A DNA stretch of 64,000 bases from Mobula hypostoma. Its lineage: Eukaryota. This document shows, in pieces, positions 23,192-35,734 of the stretch (position 1 is the stretch's first letter; every line of letters starts with the position of its first letter). Location: assembly GCF_963921235.1 (NCBI RefSeq), contig NC_086126.1:17794001-17858000 (forward strand). Reading direction: 5' to 3'. Under the pieces are notes generated by a model. The model was given only the letters and a program-made list of their open reading frames with translations. It was not told the origin of the DNA and did not search any database. The position numbers were made by a program, and so were the translations under genes.

Positions 23192-25139
23192 GCGCCTCTT
23201 CCTACAGATGCTGCTTGGCCTGCTGCGTTCACCAGCAACTTTGATGTATGTTGCTTGAATTTCCAGCATTTGCAGAATTCCTGTTCATTGGCAAGTGTGA
23301 TTTCTCTGGGCAGTGCGGTCCAGTGCTTGCTTCACTGCTCTAGTCTTCTTATCAAAGTTGTAAACAGAATCAAACTCAGTACAATTGCGGGGTAGAGACT
23401 GCACTGTTAACCCACCTTCCGAGTGCACGGGCCCCCTACAGCACACTCAACAACTCCACCATTTAGTCCCAACATGCATTCATAACTAAGGGTCATGTTG
23501 TTTGAATGGAACAGGAGCTGTGCTACCTCATGTGTGACATGAAGCGCACAAAGCACATACCCACTAACATTTCTCCCAGTATCGGATCAGGAGGAGAAGC
23601 TGTCAATGGCAAACATTGACATACCAGCTTACATCTGGTGCTATTTTACAACGGGCAGAATTACAATTGTACAGATTCTACAGTACAGATTGGGAAAGGA
23701 TAATTTAAAGTAAGTTTCATAGGCTGTGGTGGTGATGGCGATAGAGGCTGAAACTGACTGTTATCAAAGTTGCCTTGGTGCTGAGGGTATCTTTGAGCTC
23801 AGTGGCCAGGCTGTCTCCATCTTTTACCCCCACTGTGTCCACCGCCCACATCCCCATGTTTGTTAAAGTGAATCAAAGAAAAGCAAAACCCATACAGTTA
23901 GAATAGCTTTTTCTAAACAATGCTATACACTTTTCAAAACAAAAATAATACCAGTCACAAGTGGGTGACAAGTCAAATGCATGTAAAGCAGGTAATGTTG
24001 AAAGTTAGAGTGAAATTGTAAACAGAAGTTAATCTAGTAATGATCAAAAACAATGTGGTTACTGTCACTTTATTAAATATAAAACAGAATACAAGTTAAA
24101 ATAACGTTTAAATTAATAAATAATTAATCAAATTAATTAATAAAATAACGGGCAACTATCACAATATTTTATAGAACGGTGAATATTAATGAGACAATGG
24201 TAGAGCAGTCCAGGGAGTCTCCAGTCCTCACACAAATAAAATCCATTCCCTTAACAGTTTGAATCACTTGATTTCATCTGGAATTATTGTAAACCACTCA
24301 GAATTTTACTTACCTCTTTTCATCTGAAACAAGTAACAGTCTGCATTTTATTTAACCTGGGCTAATTTACTCATCATTTACAATAACATTCATTACGATC
24401 GAGTAAATCCGTGAACTTCTGAAATATCTTGCTTGTCTACTTTATAAATTCATTAACGTGCTCATCTGCTTTTTGTGCAATACTGTTTTTCATATGTCAC
24501 TGTGGAGTGTGAAGGAAACACTTCAATATAACATACTATTTTAGTTAAGAGTGCATAAAAGTCTCCATATTGCTCATTCTCCCATCGTGCTAGTGAGAGG
24601 TTTACACCTGCCTCGTCGAGTACTCAGGAGACACGACTGGGGTGGGCTTTGTTGTAACCGTACCTGTGGGAGGCAGGGGTACAGAAGGTTCCTACTACTT
24701 CCTACTCAGACATTGGTACCAGTTGTGTCTTGCTGCACACTGAGGTAGACTCGATTACATTTTCCTGTTCTTTCTAAGTCTTTTTTCTCTAACTTTATTT
24801 CATCTTCTTTGCTCTTACTGTGAGAAGCAACTAATTATTTTTGCATTTCGCTCCAGGTGAACACCACAGGGCAGCTGAAAGTTTCCTCACACCTTTCTCC
24901 TTATATCTGTATTTCTGCAAGCACTCCCTTCTTCCATTCCACCCACTTCTCAACACACTTCATTCTGTCTGCTCCATAATGTGTGAACACACACGCCACC
25001 GGAGTTCTCTTAGATGTCCAGGACAGTGACTCTCACGTGACCATTCAGACACACAATCAGGGCACTCACTCATACTTCAGAATTCCCTTTCTTTCGTGCA
25101 TCATGGGATCAAATCCACCCCAAGGCATAAGCATCATGA

Positions 25140-25590
25140 CCAATGGGATTCCATCCCGGAGGTGGCAAATCCTACAAAAGGTAGTGGATTCGGCCCGGTA
25201 TATCACGGGTAAAACCCTCACAACCACTGAACACATCTACATGAAACATTGCCGTAGGAAAGCAGCGTCCATCGTCAAAGATCCTCACCACCCAGGCAAT
25301 GCTCTTATCTCACTGCTGCCGTCAGGTAGAAGGTACAGGTACCTCAGGACTCGCACCACCTGGTTCAAGAACAGTTACTACCCCTCAGCCATCAGTGTCT
25401 TGAACAAAAGGGGATAGCAACACTTATTTAAGAGCTCTGTTATATTGTTATTTCATACTCGTTATTGATTGCTATTTATCTTTCTTCATTTGCACAGTTT
25501 GCTTACAGTTTATCGTTCCTCATATTTACAATTCACGGTTACTGTTCTGTAGATTTTGTTAAGAATGCCCACAGAAAAAGACTCTCAGGG
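25140..25590 (+). mobile_element. Rex1/Babar-like LINE 3' fragment
   Basis: RKAASIVKDPHHPG..LISLLPSGRRYR..RTRTT.FKNSYYPSAI. Confidence 0.8.
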
Positions 25591-25594
25591 TTGC

Positions 25595-25860
25595 AGAAAC
25601 ATAACAGAAACATAGAAAACCTACAGCACAATGCCGGCCCTTCGGCCCACAAAGTTGTGCCGAACATATCCTTACCTTAGAACTACCTTGGCTTACCCAT
25701 AGTCCTCTATTTTTCCAAGCTCCATGTATCCATCCAGGAGTCTCTTAAAAGACCCTGTCGTTTCCGCCTCCACCACGGCCGCCGGCAGCCCATTCCATGC
25801 ACTCACCGCTCTCTGCGTAAAAAACTTACCCCGACATCTCCTCTGTACCTCCTTCCAAGT
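25595..25860 (-). mobile_element. CR1 3' fragment
   Basis: FFTQRAVSAWNGLP and (ACATAGAA) tail. Confidence 0.85.
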
Positions 25861-26239
25861 AGGTTGTACAGTATATGGTTTCACGTATGTACTGTCAGAG
25901 TAAATGGTACTTTGAACTATATGGTGACATGTAAGTACTATAATAACAACTTGCCTTGGGTTTAACTTTTGACTTTGACAATATTTTTCCGTGACGCTCT
26001 TTTTTCACGGAGTGTTCAGTGATCCAGTTACAACGTGTTTTGCCGAAAATTACAAAAGATTATCCACACAAAAATATACAAAATACAAACATTAAATATT
26101 TCTAAGACCGTGAAGAGTCAGATTAAAATATGAATATTACTGTCTATAACACACTGAATTTCCGTGGGGGTGGGGACACCGATCCCGGAAATCTCCCACT
26201 GTCCCCATTCTATTTACAATGTTCGCAAGTTCCCCAGCT

Positions 26240-26500
26240 GATCCAGTGATTGACAGCTCCCGCCGCCCCTCCGCCACGTGACACTATATGATTACGACAC
26301 TGGCGCGCTGACGTCACAGAGGGCCCTCCTTCACCGACGTCGTTTCCTGGGAAACGGCCCGGTCCGGGGCTGGGCGGTAAATCCGGGACGGACGGGACGG
26401 CTCTGCGGAGAAGTGGAGCCGGTCTCTACTTGTTGGGGTTTCGGCTCCGCTGTGGGATCCGCCTCTCCTCTTCCTGCCCGCGGAACAGTGAGTGTCTGTC
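26240..26500 (+). promoter_or_regulatory. CpG-rich Pol II promoter / first-exon-like region
   Basis: GC boxes, CACGTG at 26275, TGACGTCA at 26309, inverted repeat CGTTTCC-TG-GGAAACG at 26341-26356, and splice donor GTGAGT at 26488. Confidence 0.55.
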
Positions 26501-26887
26501 AGCGCCTCACTGCACCGGCTCTCTGCCTCAGGTACAATATTTAAAACATATTTGCACAGTCACATGGATGGGAAAGGTTGAGAGGGATACGGGCCTAATG
26601 CAGGCAGATGGGCCGAGTTCAGGTCGACAACTTGGTCGGCGTGGATGAGTTGTACCGAAGGGACTGTTTCATTTCTGTACAAATCAGTGACTCTATTTTG
26701 GGAGGTTAAACCAGGGCAGGATGTACACAGTGAACGACAGGTTCCGGGGAAGTTTTCATGAACAGAGACTTTATGGGTTTCTGCCCCCCACACCTCCGGC
26801 AGCTCATTCGGGATACCAGTTATTCTCTGTGTGAAATATTTACACTTCAGATCCCCTTCTCACTGTGACCTTAAAACGATTCTACTT

Positions 26888-27060
26888 CAAGAGGGAGTTA
26901 GATATGGCCCTTGTGGCTACGGGGGTCAGGGGTTATGGAGGGAAGGCTGGGGCGGGGTTCTGAGTTGGATGATCAGCCATGATCATAATAAATGGCGGTG
27001 CAGGCTCGAAGGGCCGAATGGCCTACTCCTGCACCTATTTTCTATGTTTCTATGTTTCTA
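26888..27060 (+). mobile_element. Short 3' tail of the young CR1 family (as at 55103-58142)
   Basis: Near-identical to the reverse complement of 55103-55265; ends (TTCTATGT)n. Confidence 0.9.
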
Positions 27061-27885
27061 AAAGCCAGTCAGGATGCTGTCAATCGTGCCCCTAAGAAAG
27101 GATTTGGGGTCCACACCAAATTTCTTCAACCGTCTGAGGTGAAAGATGCGCTGTTGTGCCTTTTCCACCGCACAGCCGGTATGCACAGACCACGTGAGAT
27201 TCTCGGTGATGTTTATGCCGAGGAACTTAAACTGTTCACCCTCTCAACCCCAGATCCATTGATGTCAATAAATGTCTCCATTCATCCTGTAGTTCACATG
27301 CAGCTCCTTTGTATTTGCGATATTGTCGGAGAGGTTGTTTTCTTGAGACCACTGTATCAGGGTGATGATTTCTTCTCTGTTGGTTGCCTCATAATTATTT
27401 GAAATTAGGCCACTCAGTGCAGTGTCGTCAGCAAATGTAATCAGCAGATTGGAGCTGTGGGTGGCGATGCAGTCATGGGAATATAGAGAGTAAAGAAGGG
27501 AGCTCAGTACACAGCCCTGAGGGCACCTGTGTTGTGGGTCAGAGGGACAGCGGTGAGGGAACCCACTCTTACCACCTGCCAGCAATCTGACAGGAAGTCC
27601 AGGATCCAGCTACAGAAGGCAGGATGAAGGCTGAGGTCTCTAAGCCTCTTGTGGAGGCTGGAGGGAATTATGGTGTTGAACGCTCAACTGTAGTCCAAGA
27701 ACAACATTCTGACATAAGCATCCCTCTTCTCCAAGGGCAATGTGCAGAGCTGTGACTATTGCATCAGCTGTTGATCGGTTGTGTCAGTAGGTGAAATGGG
27801 GGTCCCGTGTGGGTGTCAGCACACTGCAGATGTAGTCCCTGACCAGCCTCTCAAAGATTTACTTAGTATTGAGGTGAGTGTGACA
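27061..27885 (-). mobile_element. Rex1/Babar-like LINE RT fragment
   Basis: PQGCVLSSLLYSLYSHDC...FADDT. Confidence 0.8.
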
Positions 27886-27889
27886 GGAG

Positions 27890-28470
27890 AGTGTGGGATT
27901 GAGTTCAAGAGCTGTGAGGTAAAGCCCTTGGTCAGACCCCACTTGGAGTTCTGTGTTCAGTTCTGGTCACCTCACTACAGGAAGGATGTGAAGAGGAATG
28001 CAGAAGAGATTTACAAGGATGTTGCCTGGATTGGAGAGCATGCCTTGTGAGAATAGGTTGAGTGAACTTGGCCTTTTCTCCTTGGAGCAATGGAGGATGA
28101 GAAGTGACCTGATAGAGGTGTATAAGATGATGAGGGGCTTTGATCTGGTGGATAGTCAGAGGTCCTTTCCCAGGGCTGAAATGGCTAACATGAGGGGGCA
28201 TAGTTTTAAGGTGCGTGGGAATAGGTACTGAGGGGTTGTTAGGGGTAAGTTTTTCACACACAGAGTGGTGGATGTATGGAATGCACTGGTGGAGGCGGAT
28301 AAAATAGTGTATTTTAAGCGACTCTTACACAGGTACATGGAGCTTAGAAAAATAGAGGGTTATGCACTAGGCAATTTCTAGCCAGTTTCTAGAGTTGGTA
28401 ACATGGTCGGTACAACATTGTGGGCCGAAAGGCCTGTAATGTGCTGTAGATTTCTATGTTTTCTATGAAT
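27890..28470 (+). mobile_element. CR1 3' fragment
   Basis: LVRPHLEFCVQFWSPHYRKD, RFTRMLPG and RGHSFKV. Confidence 0.85.
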
Positions 28471-29619
28471 GAATAAATTACAGTAAATAATACATTTATT
28501 AAATAGTAAAAATAGTGCAGAAACTGATATATATGTGTTTATGCTTTCTCAGATGCAAGTTGATCCTATCATTAAAAATAATTTCCAAAAGTATCCCTAC
28601 CACTAATGTAAGAGTCACCAGGGTATAGTTTCCTGTCTTGTCCCTATTGCAGTCCTTAAAAAGGGGAAGAATATTTGTCACTTTCCACTCTTCTGCATCC
28701 TGGCCTGTAATTAAAAGAGCATTAGTTTTGAGTTTTGTTACATTTTTGACTTTTTTTTTAATCCTTCAACCATCAGGTTTTTGAACCAAAGTTCTAAGTA
28801 CATTTATTATTAAAGTATGTATATATTCTACAAACTTGAGGTTCGTTCCAAACATGCTGCCATAAAACAGAGAAAGCCAAAAGAACCCACTAATAAAGCA
28901 AGAAGACTGTCAAACACCCAATGTGCAGAAAGGAAAATAATTCATGCAAACAATAAACGCAAGCAAATACTGTAGCATTTTGAACTGAAATCCTCAGAGA
29001 GTCCGTCCACAGATGCTTAGTTCAGCACAGAATGGAGCAGCGAGCTGAACCGGCTGGTCCCTGGCCTCGGGCCCAACACACTGACCATTTCAATCTGGCC
29101 TGGCACCGAAATCATCATCCAAACACTGGGTTCAGATGCTTCGATACGATCTGGGGCCTGGTCCCCGCTGCCTCCATTTGGCCTGTACCTGACTTTTCCA
29201 TTTGGGCCGGGCGTTTAAATCAACCGAACTTCGTGTCTTCCTCACTCTCAGTGACGGGTCCGCTGCCTCACCTCTGTTCTGCCCCATCAAATTGCCCCCA
29301 AGTCCAAAGGGAAGTTACAGGCTATTCATTTACTACAAAAAACAGATTCACCAGTGTCACCTTAAACCAGAACCAGTGGAGATCACTCCATTTAACTTCA
29401 CTGAACTCATCACTGAACTGTTTCCCACAATCTATGGACTCACTTTCACGACTTCTGCATCTTATGTTCTCTATTTATTTCTCATTTCTTTATGATTATT
29501 ATTATTTTCTCTCTTGTATTTACACATGTTGTTGTCGTTTACACATTGCTTATTTGGTTACCGGGTTGGGTGCGGTGTTTCATTGATTATGTTGTGGTTC
29601 TTGGATTTACTGAGTAAGA

Positions 29620-32600
29620 CCATAAGACATAGCAGCAGAATTAGACCATTTGGCCCATCGAGTCTGCCCCACCATTCAATCATGGCTGACCCTTGTTTCT
29701 CCTCCTCAGCCTCACTTGTCGGCCTTTTCCCCGAAGCCTTTGGTGCCCCGTCCAATCAAGAAACTATCAAGCTCTGCCTTAAATACACCCAACGACCTGG
29801 CCCCCATAGCTGCCTCTGGTAATGAATTTCACAAATTCACCACACTCTGGCTAAAGAAATTTCTCTGCATCTCTGTTTTAAATGGGCGCCCCTCTACCCT
29901 GAGGCTGTGCCCACTTGTCTTAGACTCCCTCGCCATGGGAAATGGGAAACATCTTTTCCACATCTACTCTGTCTAGTCCATTCAACATTTGAAAGGTTTC
30001 AATGAGATCCCCCCTCATCCTTCTAAATTCCAGCGAGTACAGACCCAGAGCTATCAAACATTCCTGATAGGATAATACTCTCAATCCTGGAATCATCCTT
30101 ATGAACCTCCTCTGAACCCTCTCCAATGCCACCACATCTTTTCCGAGTTGACGAGCCCAAAATTGTTCCCTGTACTCAAGGTGAGGCCTCACCAGTGCCT
30201 TATAAAGCCTCAGCATCACATCCCTCGTGTTATATTTGAGACCCCTTGAAATGAATGTTAATTATAGTATTTGCCTTCCTCATCACCAACTCTATCTGCA
30301 AGTTAACCTTTAGGTTGTTCTGCACGAGGACTGCCAATTCCCTTTGCATCTCAGATGTTTGGATTTTCTGCCCATTTAGAAAAAGGTCTGCACATTTATT
30401 TCTACTACCAAAGAGCATGACCATGCATTTTCTGACATTGTACTTCATTTGCTATTCTCTTGCCCACCTCCTGATCTGTCTAGGTTCTTCAGCCTACCCA
30501 TTTCCTCAACTCTGCCTGCCCCTCCACCAGTCTTCATATCATCTGCAAACTTGACAACAAAGCCATCTATTTGATCATCTATATCATTGATATACAGCAT
30601 AAAAGGAAACGGTCGTCACACCAACCCCTGCAGAACACCACTACTTAATGGCAACCAACCAGAAAAGGATCCTTTTATTACCACTTGCTGCTGTCTACCA
30701 ATCAGTCAATGCTTTTAACTTTCCTGTAATACCATGGGCTCTGAACGTGGTAAGCAGCCTCATATGTGGCACCTTGTCAAAGGCCTTCTGAAAGTCCAAA
30801 TATACAACATGGACTGTATCCCCTTTATCTATCATACAATGTATCTTCTCAAAGAATTCTAACAGGTTCATCAGGCAAGATTTTCCTTAAGGAAACCATG
30901 CAGTATTTGTCCTATCTTGTTCTGTGTCTCCAAGTACTTCATAACTTCATCCTTAACAATTGACTACAACAACTTCCCAACCACTGAGTTCAGGCTAACG
31001 GGTCTATAATTTCCTTTCTGTTGTTTTCCTGGAGTCTTAAAGAGTGGGGTGACATTTGCAGTTTTCCAATCATCTGGCACCGTGCTAGAGTCCAATGATT
31101 TTGAAAGATAATTACTAATGATCTCACAATCTCTATTGCTATCTCTTTCAGAACCGTAGGGTGCATTACATCTGGTCCGGGTGACATGTACCCTCAGGTC
31201 CTTCAGCTTTTTGAGCACCTTCTCACTTGTAATAATAACTGCACTCATTTCTCTTCCTTCACACCCTTCAACATCTGGCACACTGCTAGTGTCTTCCACA
31301 AAGACTCATGTAAAATACCCATTTAGTTCATTTGCCATCTCCTTGCCCCCCGGTATTTTTTCTCCACCCTCATATTCCAGTGGTCCTCTATCCACTCTCA
31401 TCTATTTTATTTTTAATATACTTGAAAAACTTTTACTATGCAGTTTGATATTGTTTGCTATTTGTTTTCACATTTCATCTTTTCCCTCCTGTTATTCTTT
31501 CTGTAGGCTGTTAAAAGCTTCCCAATCCTCTGTCTTACCACTAATTTTTACATTGTTGGATGCACTTTCTTTTGCTTTTACATTAGCTTTGACTTCCCTC
31601 ATCAGCCCCATTTTGCCATTTCAGTGTTTCTTCATTTTTTGGAATACATCTATCCTGCATCTTCCTCATTTTTCCCACAAACTCACACCATTGCTTCTCT
31701 GCTTGATCTTTGCCAGCATCTGCTTCCAATTTACTTTGGCCAACTCCTCTCTCGTACCACTGTGATATCTTGTACTTCACTGAGATACTGATACGTCAGA
31801 CTTTACTTTCTTTCTATCAAATTTCAAGCTGAACACAATCAAATTGTCATCACTGTTTCCTAAGGATTCTTTTACCTTAAGCTCCCTAATTACCTTGGTT
31901 TCATTATAAAACACCCAATATAATGTAGCTGATCCCTGTTCTAAAAAGCCATCTTGTAGGTATTCAACAAACTCACTCTCTTGAGATCTATTTCCAACCT
32001 GATTTTCCCAATCTATCTGCATGTTGAAACCTCCCATGACTATCATAACATTGCCCTTTTGACACGTCTTTGCTATTTCCTGTTGTATTCTGTTGTCCAT
32101 ATCCAAGCTACTGTTTGGAGGCCTGTATATAACTGCCGTCAGGGTCCTTTTACCCTTGCAGTTTCTTAACTCAATGCAGAATGCTTCTGCATCTTCTGGT
32201 CCAATATCACATCTTTCTACTGAATTGATGCCACCCCCCTGCCTACCTTCCTATCTCTGATACAACATGTAACCTTGGTCATTTGGCTCCCAACTGCAAG
32301 CATCCTTCTGCCACGACTCAGCGATGGCCATGACATCATATCTGACAATCTGTAATAGGGCAATAAGATCATCCACCTCATTTCTTATACTCTGTGGATA
32401 GAGATATAACACTCTGAGTACAGTATCGCTACCCTTTGATTCTGCATCCCTCATGCACTGATACCCACCCTGCTGGCTGCAGTTGTGTCCTATCATCTGC
32501 CTGCCCTTCCTGACAGTCCAACTGCATGCTATCTTTGCTTTTTCACCCTCCATCCTATCCTGAGTGCCTTCACTCTGGTTCCTGCCCCCAACCCCCGCCA

Positions 32601-32640
32601 AATTAGTTTAACCCTCCCCTACCACTCTAACAAACCAGCA
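29620..32640 (-). mobile_element. CR1 ORF2 (APE + RT), decayed
   Basis: SIRNEVD, MGGFN..IDW, DWKTANVTPLFK, YRPVSL and LVRPHLEY motifs across many frameshifts. Confidence 0.9.
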
Positions 32641-32899
32641 GTATGCCCACAAGAAAACTAATCTCAGGGTTGTATATGGTGACAGAAATGTATTTTGATG
32701 ATACATTTACTTTCAGCTTTGAACTTTGTAGTAGAGAGCCGGGTGTTGTACTGGTCTGTGTCCTCACTGGCCGGTGCTGTGCTCTGACAGCTCAGTGTGC
32801 TTGGTTTTCAGTCTCAGTGTTTTTACTGAAGTGTGTCCTTATTACACAATTGACCTTGTCCACCCTGGAGCTGAGAAGATTCACTGGCTACCAGAATGA

Positions 32900-34320
32900 T
32901 TTGTTTTGGTCACCCTGCCGTGTGACAGACAGCATTAAGCTGGAAAGAGTGCAGAGGAGATTTGTGGAAAGCATTTCAGACAATTTTCCCTGGAATGTTG
33001 GAGAATGAGTGCTGATATTGCAGAGGTGTATAAATTCATGAGGGACCACGGTTGGGTCAAAGAGAACAGTCTTTTTGCCAGCGTTGGGGCATCAAGAACT
33101 GGAGGGCATTGGTTTAAGATGAGATTTAATAAGGACCTGAAGGGCAACTTTTCCACACACAGCCTGGTCAGTAAATGGAATGAGCTGCTATGGGAAATGG
33201 TTGAGTCAGGTAGATTAAAAAGGCACTTGGGCAGGTAGATGGAAAGGAAAGGTTTTGAAGGATATGGGTCAAATGGAAGGAAATGGGACAAGGAGGAGGA
33301 TAACCTTGATCATAATGTGGTGGTGAGGGGGTTACAGACCACGAGCTCAGATGGGAACTTTGGTCAGCGTGGACCATTTGAGCTGAAGGGCTCGTTTCTG
33401 TGCTGTGTGAATTTGACTGTAAACCCTGGTGACTTATTTCAATGACATTAAACTTTTCTAAATGACATTATTTCTTTATAGATTATAGACCCCAGTACCT
33501 GAAGTGAAGTTAACTGGACTACAGTTACCTGCTTTTCATCTTCCACCCTTCTTCAACAATGGCTTTCAACTCCACTGGGACCTTTCTGTAACAGTGAGTT
33601 TTGACAGACTTCAATGTCTCTACTTTCTCTCCAGACTTCCTGTGAAAGCCTCCAGTGCAGGTCTTTGGGACCAAGTAATGTTTGCTTTTAGTCCCATTAG
33701 TTTTTTTCCTCATGATGATGATTGTTACACATTATGACACAATTGTTGAAATGTCAGCATGAGATATCTGTGGGATGTTTGCTGTGCCCCCACTGTGAAC
33801 ACTAATGCAAATTATTGGAGTTAACCTCTCTGCTTTTTCCTTGTTAGTTTTAGATTTTGTCTCATCACTGGTGCCTGGAAAAATCCTGATCCTCTTGTCT
33901 GCCTCCTTTGACCACAGAATGTTCTTTGCTCTCTGTGATCCCTCTGTCCAATCGGGATCAATGTCTGCTGAGTGTTACGAACTGTCTCCTTAAACATCTG
34001 CCACTGCTCATTACTGACCCGTCCCTGAGCCTATTTACCCCATCTGCCCCAGACAACTCCACAGTCACGTCTCTGTAATTGTCTTTATTTAGGTTGAGGA
34101 CACTGGTTCTGACCTGGTGTTCACCCTCAATCTGTGATCTGGAGATCTCCCACATTGTGATCACTTCTTCAGGGATCCTTCACCACAAGATCTCTCTGTA
34201 ATCCCACCTCATTACACAGATTACATCTGAAATGACCCGTTCATGGGTAAAATACTGCTGTAAGAAACTTTCTCTGACCATTCCACAAATTCCTCTTCCA
34301 CTGTACCAGTTTGATTAGCT
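32900..34320. mobile_element. Old CR1 fragments (+ at ~32900-33420; - at ~33480-34320)
   Basis: LERVQRRF and RTGGHWFK on +; VLNLNKDNY on -. Confidence 0.6.
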
Positions 34321-34339
34321 TAATCAATACACAGACTGA

Positions 34340-34885
34340 AGCAAACACACAGAAAATGCTGGAGGAACTCAGCAAACAGTCGACATTTCGGGCTGAGAAC
34401 CTTCATCGGGATTAGAAAGAAAGGGACAAAAGCCAGAATAAGGTAGTGGGGGAGGGGGAGGAGGACAAGTGAGGGGTGGGGAATGTGTGGTTTGTGGAGG
34501 GATGATGATGTGAGGGGCTGGGTGACGGGCAGAAAAGGCAAAGAGATGAAGAGAAAGAAATCTAATAGGAGAGAATGATGGACCATGGGATGACACGGAG
34601 GAGGTGGAGAACCAGAGAGAGTTGATGGGCAGGTCATGAGGGTGTGTGAGGAGAGGTGAAGGGGTTAAATGGCATCAGAATGGGGGAAAAGTCAGAAGAA
34701 AAGTAATAGTTCAGTGGGGGGGTGTGGAAACAGGGGGTAGTGATTTCTTGAATTTGGAGAAATCAATGTTCATGCCATCGGGATTGGAGGCTATGCTGTC
34801 AGAATATGAGGATTTGCTCATCTAACCTGTACTCGGCCTCACTGTAGCGGGAGAGGAGGCCGTGTACAGACATGTTGGTGATGGC
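34340..34885 (-). mobile_element. Penelope-like 3' fragment, decayed
   Basis: NMSVHGLL...RLDEQILIF endonuclease end, plus a degenerate hammerhead motif at 34378-34413. Confidence 0.75.
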
Positions 34886-34889
34886 TCTC

Positions 34890-35470
34890 CGCTGGTCAGG
34901 GTCGACAATGGGTATTGGATCCGTGTTTCGAAGCCGATCTGCAAGTCGGGGAAGTACGATATGGAAAGCAAGCAGTTGCCCATGCAGGGGCCCCTGCTCT
35001 CCACACAGCTGATGAATCCAAAGCAACGGCAGAGACCGATGCAGTCAGGCACCAGCGGTGTTGCAGGATTGCCAGTCTGCATTGAACACAGGACCGACAG
35101 GGAATCCAGCTCCGGATTGTTCCCCAGGATTTACTCCCGAAGTCTTCCCCATGAAAGGGTCTAGCCACAGGCCGGCGGAGGTTTGAGATCAGAATTTTTC
35201 TTCCACTTGATCTGCCAAGTATGGCTGAGGAGCCCCATCTGCCCATAGCGGTTGGTTATATGACACCAGTAAACCCATTTGCACCTTCCCCTGTCACTGG
35301 AAACAGTTCATTGAGTGTAGTAGCGAAGCCATATGTAAAATCCAGGAGCTGGACTTGATTGACAGAGGCAACTTGACGCACACACCATTGTCTGCACTTA
35401 ATGGGAAGTGGGAGCTTGTCCCATTACCACCCCACCACTGGTTAAAACAGCTGTAAGCTGTGTTGGTATG
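34890..35470 (-). mobile_element. Probable RTE-clade LINE 5' region
   Basis: Resembles recalled RTE 5' sequence (..CATCGGTCTCTGCCGTT..TTTGGATTCATCAGCTG..GCATGGGCAACTGC); not verified. Confidence 0.3.
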
Positions 35471-35734
35471 TGAATGGGGAAACTCAATTGGAATGGGTTG
35501 CCACCAGCAGATCGTGGTTGTTGCAGCTCTCAGAGCAAAGATACTCGATGCAGCGCTACCCTGATCTGCTTTTGGTTAAATCTCTCATGATAATCACAGT
35601 TCCATTCTCATCTCTCTTTGATATTTCCCCTCTTTGTGTTTTATCCCATCGGGAGGAACACATGAGGATCTTGAGACCACTCCTCCCCATTTCTTCTTTC
35701 CCTCCCCCTTTCACCATCAATGTCCCTACATGTA

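Larger units (their letters stand above)
21971..23285 (+). mobile_element. Young Penelope-like element, 5'-truncated with 5' inversion
   Basis: Uninterrupted RT-thumb/linker/GIY-YIG frame, 3' region and terminal hammerhead motif; inverted DSHSYLDYSSSHPV fragment at 21971-22020. Confidence 0.92.

Noticed and set aside
23290-24560. Possible DNA-transposon or gene remnant in AT-rich sequence
   Set aside because: No termini, open frame or motif that I could identify with confidence.
32740-32900. Candidate second exon for the 26.3-kb promoter
   Set aside because: Only a weak acceptor-like TTTTCAG; no coding or conservation support from sequence alone.
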